Source: Candidatus Wallbacteria bacterium
GTDB taxonomy: Bacteria; Muiribacteriota; JAQTZZ01
Length of the DNA stretch: 64,000 nucleotides
Reading direction: 5' to 3'
NCBI GenBank assembly: GCA_028687545.1
Contig: JAQTZZ010000010.1
Coordinates: 50,118-114,117, forward strand
Shown here: in pieces, positions 38,732-46,114 of the stretch
How the letters are laid out: the number at the start of each line of letters is the position of its first letter
Numbering within the stretch: the stretch's first letter is position 1
Program-made: the position numbers and the translations under genes
Notes under the pieces: model-generated
Seen by the model: only the letters and a program-made list of their open reading frames with translations
Told to the model about the DNA's origin: nothing
The model's database searches: none

Positions 38732-40333
38732 TCATTTCAATCGAATCATTGTTTCTTTCCTGATTTTATCGTGAATTATCTCGGCTTTTTTGGCTTTGAG
38801 CTTCAATCCGGGAATTTTCAATTCGAAATTCTGGCATACGCCATTGGAATTATCACTAAAAGTAAGTTCAGCTTTTGAAAGATCATTCCCGATGTCTTTG
38901 AATCTTATCTCTCCTTTAAACATGTTTGAGATCACAGGAATGGAAATTTCTTCAACAGTCAGGTTTTTATCCGGTGTTTCCAGCTTGAAAAGTCCGCAAA
39001 AATACACGAAATTCGTCATTTTCTTATCGCAATATGCCTTTCCGTAAACCCAGTCGAAATAGGTGTACAAGAACTGCCCGGCTTCGATTTTGTAAGTCCA
39101 GCCTTTTTCAAAAGGGTATATGCTGAGATATTTCTCGATCCTGGTTTTGTCGTTGATCACCAACATTTCACCGCTGGATAAATATTCATTCAAAACCTGC
39201 CGGTAAATTTTCATGATCCGGTCGTCAGACAGGTTAAAAATCTCCGATATCTTCCGGGGTAAATTGTATTTATCCAGATGCGCTGAAACTGATTCTTCGG
39301 CTTCATCTGAAGAAACGCTGGGATCAAGCAGCGGAAATAATCCCTTTTTCCATTCATCATCATTGCAAAATTCGTCAAAGACCCTGATCAAGGCAAGGGC
39401 ATATCTGTATTCAATTTCTCCGGCATTGGTAGAAGGCTGGTTTATCTTATTTCGGAGCATTTGGGGGCCAAAGTGTTCCAAATTGGTCTGATAATATTTT
39501 TTGATCTGATCACCCTTGAAATAACTGTAAGATAAGATTTTTCCTTCTGGGATAGTACTGTTTTTCACTCCTTCTGCCGTGAGTATTTCCAGGGCCTTAA
39601 GTTCCACAAAACTCGCGGTCCCTTCGATTAAATACTCATAATTCTCCCCCCGGATCAATTTTTTGCTCATCTTCTTCTTTTTCATTTCATCCACTGCGAC
39701 AATTTTTTCCAATAATGATTCTCCGTTTTTTTTTCGACTCTTTTTTTCAGTCAATTCAGCAAGGATCTTGCCTTCCATCACAAGATCTGCATCATATTCC
39801 GCGGTACGCGGGTTTTCGCTGAAAAAATCTTTTTTAAGCCGACTCATAAGATCATCTTTCCCGATGCGGTACAGATTACCGAACTGATAATAATGAAAGC
39901 CCTCGTGAATAAAGTTGATTATTACATCTTCCAGAGAGGAATCTTCTCCGTAACCCATGGTGACAACTGGAAATCCGTTTATCATGCTGCAGGCCCGTCC
40001 ACCCGGGCAATTGAAGCTCAGCGGACCCTTTTTTTTGAAGACACGCTTGGAATTAATGAAGTATTCCGTTGGTTCATAATTTTTCAAATCAGGATCAGGG
40101 TGGTTTATCAGGTACTCTTCCTTTTTGACCGGATCATAGGCAAGCACCGGAACTTCCTGATAGGGGATATGCACTGCAGGCCAAAGCCTGTCGGCAAGCT
40201 GCCCGGCCACATGAAATGCTTCCTGGTAGTATAAAATAAGAACAGGTGTTTTCTCACTTTCTTCCGCAAATAACGGTATTGACACCACTTTTAACAAAAG
40301 ACAGAATAAAACACTGATAAAAATTCGCTTCAT
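38732..40333 (-). CDS. Secreted hypothetical protein with an HExxH motif. Possible metallopeptidase.
   Basis: Signal peptide MKRIFISVLFCLLLKVVSIPLFA. HEGFHYYQ motif. No family recognised. Confidence 0.3.
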   Translation of the reverse strand: MKRIFISVLFCLLLKVVSIPLFAEESEKTPVLILYYQEAFHVAGQLADRLWPAVHIPYQEVPVLAYDPVKKEEYLINHPDPDLKNYEPTEYFINSKRVFKKKGPLSFNCPGGRACSMINGFPVVTMGYGEDSSLEDVIINFIHEGFHYYQFGNLYRIGKDDLMSRLKKDFFSENPRTAEYDADLVMEGKILAELTEKKSRKKNGESLLEKIVAVDEMKKKKMSKKLIRGENYEYLIEGTASFVELKALEILTAEGVKNSTIPEGKILSYSYFKGDQIKKYYQTNLEHFGPQMLRNKINQPSTNAGEIEYRYALALIRVFDEFCNDDEWKKGLFPLLDPSVSSDEAEESVSAHLDKYNLPRKISEIFNLSDDRIMKIYRQVLNEYLSSGEMLVINDKTRIEKYLSIYPFEKGWTYKIEAGQFLYTYFDWVYGKAYCDKKMTNFVYFCGLFKLETPDKNLTVEEISIPVISNMFKGEIRFKDIGNDLSKAELTFSDNSNGVCQNFELKIPGLKLKAKKAEIIHDKIRKETMIRLK

Positions 40334-40519
40334 GTTTCCCCCACTTTATTAATTTTACATCATTTTGCCGGAAAATCGAACATCAGAACATCTCAAAAAA
40401 ACTCAAAATGAAGGATTCGCGGGGATAATGCGATCTGATATGTATTGATGCTGTGTTAACCGGATTTCCGTGGTAGAATTTTACTGCAGGACTCGATTCA
40501 GTTCAAAGATCCGGATCTG

Positions 40520-41482
40520 ATGCATCGTAAAAAATCGGAGGAGCAATCAATGGAACAAAGCGGAATTATTCAATGGCTGATGCAGGGCGATCCTGCCGTG
40601 CGCTGGCAGGTCATGCGGGATCTTCAGAACGCCCCTTCCGAGGTATACGAACAGGAAAGGGCGAGAGTCGCCAGCTGCGGCTGGGGAAACGATCTGCTTT
40701 CCCATCAGGATGAAAACGGGATGTTCGGGGGAGGGATTTACACACCCAAGTGGACCTCCACCCATTATTCGCTTCTTTTGCTGGCCGGACTGGGACTTGC
40801 ACCAGGCAATGAACAGGCGTTGAAATCCTGTAATCTGCTGATGGAGCGGAATTACGGGAAGGACGGAGTAGAGAGCTTCGGGAAAAATCTCAGGCACAAC
40901 GACGACTGCGTTACAGGCATGCTCCTTTACATGTTCTGCTATTTTGGTTTCAAAGACGAACGCGTGCACAGGCTGGCCGAACAGCTTCTTTCAGTGCAGA
41001 TGCAAGATTGTGGCTGGAACTGCAGAAGCAGGAGGAACAGAAATACGGTTCACAGTTCCTTCCACACTACGCTCAATGTGATGGAAGGATTGCTGCAATA
41101 TGAGATAAGGTATCCGGAACGGGCGGCAGCTGCAAGGAAGGCCAGACTTGAAGGAATGGAGTTCATGCTCAGGCACAAATTGTATCAGTCGCATAAAACA
41201 GGAAAACCCGCCCATCCAAAGATGATTATGATGTCTTTTCCGGCCAGATGGAAATTTGATTTTTTGAGGGGCCTCGACTTTTTTAGGGAATGCAAAGCGG
41301 AAAAGGATGACAGGCTGTCGGATGCTGTCGGACTATTAATTGAAAAACGGCTCCCGGACGGTACCTGGCCGGTTCAGAACCGCTGGCCCGGGAAAGAGTA
41401 TTTCACTCTGGAGCAAACCGGAAAACCAAGCCGCATCAATACCCTCCGCGCATTAAGGATACTCAGCTGGTGGGAAGGCTGA
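40520..41482 (+). CDS. Prenyltransferase/squalene-oxidase-repeat-like (alpha/alpha-toroid) protein
   Basis: Repeated QxxDGxW-like motifs (HQDENGMFGG, MQDCGWN, LPDGTWPV). Confidence 0.4.
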   Translation: MHRKKSEEQSMEQSGIIQWLMQGDPAVRWQVMRDLQNAPSEVYEQERARVASCGWGNDLLSHQDENGMFGGGIYTPKWTSTHYSLLLLAGLGLAPGNEQALKSCNLLMERNYGKDGVESFGKNLRHNDDCVTGMLLYMFCYFGFKDERVHRLAEQLLSVQMQDCGWNCRSRRNRNTVHSSFHTTLNVMEGLLQYEIRYPERAAAARKARLEGMEFMLRHKLYQSHKTGKPAHPKMIMMSFPARWKFDFLRGLDFFRECKAEKDDRLSDAVGLLIEKRLPDGTWPVQNRWPGKEYFTLEQTGKPSRINTLRALRILSWWEG

Positions 41483-41491
41483 AAAGGCTGG

Positions 41492-42064
41492 ATGGAGCAA
41501 GCTCAGATGAAGACTTTTTACGCAAAGGACAGGCAGGACTGGCGCAACTGGCTTTCCGAAAATCACGATTCCTGCAAGGAGGTGTGGCTGATCTATTACA
41601 AGGCGCATACCGGAAAACCCAGAGTGCCTTATGATGATGCCGTTGAAGAGGCCATCTGCTTCGGCTGGATCGACAGCATCATTAGGAAGCTGGATGAGCA
41701 GCGCTTCTGCCAGAAATTCACACCGAGAAAACCCGGAAGCCTCTGGTCAAAACCGAATCTCAAGCGTGCCGATATGATGATTTCTCAAGAGAAGATGACA
41801 CAAAAGGGACTGGAGCTTTACAGGATTGCTGTTGAAAAAGGGCAGTTCGTTGCTGAAAAGGAAGAACAACTGTCTGTTGACCTTATTACCCTATTCAAAG
41901 CGAACAGGGAGGCATATTCCCGGTTCTGCAATCTCCCAGGGAATAGAACGAGCAACTATATAGGCTGGATAATGTCGGCAAAAGGGCATGAAACAAGGAT
42001 CAGGCGGCTAAACAGGCTGATTGGAGCGATCCTGAATGGCGAAGACTTGATCCGGAAACTTTAA
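41492..42064 (+). CDS. YdeI/OmpD-associated family protein
   Basis: WRNWLSENH...VWLIYYK...YDDAVEEAICFGWIDS...RFTPRKPGSLWSKPN matches the family consensus closely. Confidence 0.75.
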   Translation: MEQAQMKTFYAKDRQDWRNWLSENHDSCKEVWLIYYKAHTGKPRVPYDDAVEEAICFGWIDSIIRKLDEQRFCQKFTPRKPGSLWSKPNLKRADMMISQEKMTQKGLELYRIAVEKGQFVAEKEEQLSVDLITLFKANREAYSRFCNLPGNRTSNYIGWIMSAKGHETRIRRLNRLIGAILNGEDLIRKL

Positions 42065-42087
42065 ATCCGGATGGATGAAGGGATACC

Positions 42088-42190
42088 ATGAAAATTGAGA
42101 GCCAGTGGGGCATCATTTTCGAAGGAAAATCAGACCTGGTCATCGACGGGGTGAAGCATACCTTTTGCAAAGGAGACCGTTACTTCTGAC
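42088..42190 (+). pseudogene. Internal fragment of the cupin gene
   Basis: MKIESQWGIIFEGKSDLVIDGVKHTFCKGDRYF*. About 93% DNA identity to 6300-6400. Confidence 0.55.
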
Positions 42191-42419
42191 TTTTCAAGCG
42201 AAAACATCTTTTCGGCAGCAAGTTCTGGTTTGATAGCCCCGGTACATCTTGCGCCCTGATTAAGTTAGAACAAAGAGATATGAAGCCGCAGAATAATCCA
42301 ATCGTCCAGCTCAGCCCAAATTGCGACTGAAACATAATGAAACATTTTGTAGCTTGCCGGATGGCTTAAAATCATCAACAATTGATTAAAAGAGATTACA
42401 TCTGATAAGGAGGAACAGT

Positions 42420-43820
42420 ATGCTGTATCAAGTGTGCGTCTTTATCATACTGAGCGAGCTTTTACTATGCCCGGTGGTTCATGCTGGATACAATGCCCGG
42501 GAAGTCCTGGAGGCTGTGATCACTGCGTCGGATGTATCGGCAGAGGACGAGGCGTTGTGGCGCCACTATGTCGAACAGCCGCAGCCGTCAGTGGATGAGG
42601 TCCGGGCTATGATCGCCGCTGCTGCCAAAGAATTCTCGGTTCCGTCTTCGATCCTGGAAACCGTCGGCTACCTGGAAAGCAACTGGATCCAGATCGGTCC
42701 CACCATCGACCGCGGCTGGGGCGTCATGCACCTGGTCGAGAACGACAGAGTCGACACCCTGGGCGAGGCTGCAGGCCTCCTGAACTGTGAGCGGCAGGTC
42801 CTCAAAGACGATCCGCAAGCCAACATCAGGGGAGCGGCAGCCCTGCTGGCCAGCTTTGCCGGCGAAAAACGCGCCGGTTTTTCCCGCCTCGAGGACTGGT
42901 TCGATGCTGTGAAAAAACTTAGCGGCCTGTACGAAGAGGAATTCCAGGAAATGCAGTCCGGCCAGTACTTCCGCATCCTGAAAAAAGGGGTCAGCGAGAT
43001 CAACCTCTTCAATCAGGAAGTGAGAGTCTGCGCCCAGAAATCAATCGACATGGAACTGATCGAGTCCAAGATGCCTAAATACAAATCCTGGAAGGCTGAA
43101 GCAGCCCGGTCCCGCGCTGATTACCCGGGCGCGATTTCCGACATCACTTCCTGCAATTACACCGGCGGCAGGAATCACAACATTGACACCTGGGTCAATC
43201 ACTGGATGGGCATGGGCACATACGCAGGCGCAATTTCCTGGTTTCACAACCCGAGCGCCAGCGCCAGCACCCAATTCTGCATCAGGCACGACGACGGTGA
43301 AATCACCCAGGTCGTCAGAGTAGCTGACACAAGCTGGAACTGCGGCTCCCCTACAGGCCTGGCAAACAACTCCCGCTCGATCAGCGTCGAGCACGAGGCA
43401 ACTGTCGCCCATCCAGAATGGTGGAACAGCCAGGCTATGATCCAGGCCAGCGGCAGGATGATCCGCTTTTTCGCCGACCAGTACGGCATCCCGGTCCAGC
43501 GCGGCTGCCCCGGCATCACCGAACACAAGGCCATGCAGGGATGCAGCACAGACTGCGCAGGCAACATCCCCTGGCCGGATCTCTGGGCTGTGATCACAGG
43601 CAGCAATCCTGGTCCAGTTCCCAACGGAAACCAGACCGGCCATATTTCCGTGGATACGGCCGCCAATGTCCGCTCCGGCCCGGGAACGGAATTTCCTGTG
43701 ATCGCCTCGCTGAATAATGGAGTTCAGGTGCAGATCCTCGGCAAGGAAGACACCTGGTACAAAGTGATTATCCCCGACGGCAGAACCGGTTATGTACATG
43801 AGTCGCTGGTAGCGCTCTGA
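42420..43820 (+). CDS. Secreted putative peptidoglycan hydrolase (amidase-like) with a C-terminal SH3b domain
   Basis: Signal peptide. The central region resembles an N-acetylmuramoyl-L-alanine amidase fold (SWNCGS...SISVEHE...ITEHKAMQGC). The C-terminal SH3b is clear (NVRSGPGTEFPVIASLNNGVQVQILGKEDTWYKVIIPDGRTGYVHESLV). Confidence 0.5.
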   Translation: MLYQVCVFIILSELLLCPVVHAGYNAREVLEAVITASDVSAEDEALWRHYVEQPQPSVDEVRAMIAAAAKEFSVPSSILETVGYLESNWIQIGPTIDRGWGVMHLVENDRVDTLGEAAGLLNCERQVLKDDPQANIRGAAALLASFAGEKRAGFSRLEDWFDAVKKLSGLYEEEFQEMQSGQYFRILKKGVSEINLFNQEVRVCAQKSIDMELIESKMPKYKSWKAEAARSRADYPGAISDITSCNYTGGRNHNIDTWVNHWMGMGTYAGAISWFHNPSASASTQFCIRHDDGEITQVVRVADTSWNCGSPTGLANNSRSISVEHEATVAHPEWWNSQAMIQASGRMIRFFADQYGIPVQRGCPGITEHKAMQGCSTDCAGNIPWPDLWAVITGSNPGPVPNGNQTGHISVDTAANVRSGPGTEFPVIASLNNGVQVQILGKEDTWYKVIIPDGRTGYVHESLVAL

Positions 43821-43915
43821 TTTTCGGAAAAAATTACTGTGAGATACGGGGCTTTTGAGATTTTAACAGATACCCGATGCTGGTGAACAATCGCTTACAA
43901 TTACACGGGCAATCC

Positions 43916-44119
43916 ATGAAAATCTATGTCGATGCCGACGGATTTCCCAAGTCCGCGAAAGATATTCTGATCCGGGCTGCGATACGCCATGACGTGTCAC
44001 AGGAATACTCCGCGAAATTTAACATACCATCAAACTTTTCCTACTTACAGATCATCGCGAATAAAGTAAAGGACCGCCCCCAGATCGTGATGCGGAAGAT
44101 CCCTACGGAAATGTTTTGA
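43916..44119 (+). pseudogene. Truncated YaiI/YqgE (DUF188/UPF0178) family gene
   Basis: MKIYVDADGFPKSAKDILIRAA matches the family N-terminus (MKIWVDADACP...ILFRAA). Only 68 aa where about 150 are expected. Confidence 0.35.
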
Positions 44120-44206
44120 TGCGTTTTGATGCTTAAAATGGAGTTGTTCCGGGCTTATTATTAACGAAACATATCCTGAAACTGTAAAATCACGTGAGGA
44201 GGCTTT

Positions 44207-45991
44207 GTGAAGAATGTAAAAGAACTGATGACAGTGCTGATGGCTGTATTGTTCGCAACATCCGGGGCAGCTGAAAATGCCGGAAACTGCGGCAATTGCA
44301 CTTTGGCAGCATGGTTTCCGGGCGGCAGTCTTACTCAGCCGGGGAGCGTTGATCTGAGACCGTACCCTCATCCGCACCCTAATCCTAACCCTCAGCCACA
44401 ACCCAACCCTTATCCGAACCCGAATCCGAATCCAAATCCATATGACCCGGCTTATCAGCAGGGCTTCAACCAGGGCATGAACGCCGGGAGAGCTGACGGC
44501 TACCAGGCAGGAATACGTGACGGCCGCAATGAAGGCTATAACCAGGGCAGGGCGGACGGAGACCGGAACGGCAGGAACGACGGCTATACCAAAGGCGTCC
44601 AGGACGGTAACCGCGAAGGCCAGGAGCAGGGGATCAGGCAGGGCAAAATCGACGGCGAAGCCAAGGGTACGGAAAACGGCAAGGCCGCAGGAGCTAAGCG
44701 CTGTTATGACGAAGGCTTCAAGGCCGGAAAAAACGAGGGTTATGCTGCAGGCTATGCGGAGGGCGAGAAAAGCGATTCTTACGATAAGGGCGTTGCCGCT
44801 GGCGATACCGAAGCGCGCAAAGTGGAAAAGGAAAAGGGCTGGCAGGCCGGATACAAGGACGGCTTCGCTAAGAAGGAGAAACAGTTGCATGACAGCTTCG
44901 GCCGCTCCGGTGGTGACACTAGACTCAGCGGAAGCGAAGGTCCGGACAGCCTGCTTCTCGACGGGCTGGACATCCCGGATACCAGGCTGGAACAGGCCAG
45001 CTGGAATCAGTCGCGTTCATGGCAGGACGGGTACAACGCGGGATACAGGCAGGGCTATGACCAGGCCTATCAGCGTGCCAGGACCGAAGGATACAACCAG
45101 ACCTATGGCAACGCTTACTCATCGGCCTACCAGACCGCTTACCAGAACAGCTATTCCTTTGGCTACGGCCAGGGCAAGGACCAGGCCTACCAGATCGCCT
45201 ACCACAATGCCTATGATTCCGCCTACAACTCTGCATATGCCGCGCAGGAGCAGCAGGAATATCCTGCGGACAGGGAGCGGGGGCGCGGCGAGGGTTTTGC
45301 GGCCGGCAAGAAGGAAGGATTTGACACGGCCTGCAGGAACCTGTTCAACAAGGGTTATAAAGAAGGATACGACAAAGCTGCCGCCGAGGTTTATCCCGCA
45401 GCCTTCGCCGAAGGAGGGACCAAGGGGGGTGAGGCTGCGGACAAGTACTATCACGAAAATGCGGTGCTGGAAATCAGGCGGGCAGTGGTCCTGGACGGCA
45501 GCGGCAACGGGATTTTCGAGACCGGCGAGGAACTCAAAATCTCAGCCGACATTGTCAATTACGGTTTCGTCGATTCGCAAGGCGCAGTCATTGAGATCTC
45601 GGCAGGCCCGGAGATAACTGTGCAGAGTCCGCATCAGGCCGGTACCCTGGCAGCTAGGAAATCGAACAGCGTTACCATCAGAGCGGGCAAAGTAAATGAG
45701 GACGCGCTCAGCGGTACTGAAGTTACGATCAAGTTCACGCTCAAGTCCGGCGGTTCAGAGACAGCAAAGCTACTGCAGATCAAACTTTATAACCAGAACC
45801 AGAAAGTCGGGACTGTCAACACCGACAATGTCAATGTACGCAAGGGCCCTGGAACCGGTTACTCAATACTCGGCACTGTGCAGAAGGGGACCAAGGTCGT
45901 GACTACGGGCATGGAAGGGAACTGGTACAGGATCGTGATCCCGAACAACGGCAACGGCTATATTTACAAAGATCTTGTCACCCTCGACTGA
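44207..45991 (+). CDS. Secreted repeat protein: Pro/Asn linker, tetrad-periodic Gly and Tyr repeat arrays, beta-sandwich-like region, C-terminal SH3b
   Basis: Signal peptide, then PYPHPHPNPNPQPQPNPYPNPNPNPNPYDP. About 45 consecutive xxxG tetrads (YQAG|IRDG|RNEG|YNQG...), then about 20 xxYx tetrads (AGYR|QGYD|QAYQ...). SH3b at the C-terminus. Confidence 0.65.
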   Translation: MKNVKELMTVLMAVLFATSGAAENAGNCGNCTLAAWFPGGSLTQPGSVDLRPYPHPHPNPNPQPQPNPYPNPNPNPNPYDPAYQQGFNQGMNAGRADGYQAGIRDGRNEGYNQGRADGDRNGRNDGYTKGVQDGNREGQEQGIRQGKIDGEAKGTENGKAAGAKRCYDEGFKAGKNEGYAAGYAEGEKSDSYDKGVAAGDTEARKVEKEKGWQAGYKDGFAKKEKQLHDSFGRSGGDTRLSGSEGPDSLLLDGLDIPDTRLEQASWNQSRSWQDGYNAGYRQGYDQAYQRARTEGYNQTYGNAYSSAYQTAYQNSYSFGYGQGKDQAYQIAYHNAYDSAYNSAYAAQEQQEYPADRERGRGEGFAAGKKEGFDTACRNLFNKGYKEGYDKAAAEVYPAAFAEGGTKGGEAADKYYHENAVLEIRRAVVLDGSGNGIFETGEELKISADIVNYGFVDSQGAVIEISAGPEITVQSPHQAGTLAARKSNSVTIRAGKVNEDALSGTEVTIKFTLKSGGSETAKLLQIKLYNQNQKVGTVNTDNVNVRKGPGTGYSILGTVQKGTKVVTTGMEGNWYRIVIPNNGNGYIYKDLVTLD

Positions 45992-46019
45992 TACTTGGCA
46001 GGTGAGAATCAATGAATTT

Positions 46020-46052
46020 CCAGGGCTGGGCGCAAACCCAGCCCTGGTTTTT
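46020..46052 (+). terminator. Rho-independent terminator
   Basis: ccagggctggg-cgcaaa-cccagccctgg followed by ttttt, 29 nt after the 45991 stop. Confidence 0.7.
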
Positions 46053-46114
46053 CCATTACTATTCAGTCACACCATTTGTAGTTGTCAGCATGTGCATCTG
46101 CCTGTGGCAGGAAT

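Noticed and set aside
43041-43799. 252-aa minus-strand ORF
   Set aside because: It is antisense to the well-supported secreted hydrolase gene 42420-43820. The product is Ala/Gly/Val-rich low-complexity typical of an antisense GC-rich frame. No RBS or motifs.
44340-44440. Short DNA repeat (ccnaac/ccgaat units). CRISPR or microsatellite?
   Set aside because: It is in-frame coding for a Pro/Asn/Tyr-rich linker of the secreted repeat protein. It has no spacer-repeat architecture.
44045-45617. Long alternate-frame ORFs (44517-45617 +, 44045-44890 -)
   Set aside because: They are generated by the GC-rich tetrad-repeat DNA of gene 44207-45991. Their products are Arg/Thr/Pro low-complexity with no motifs.
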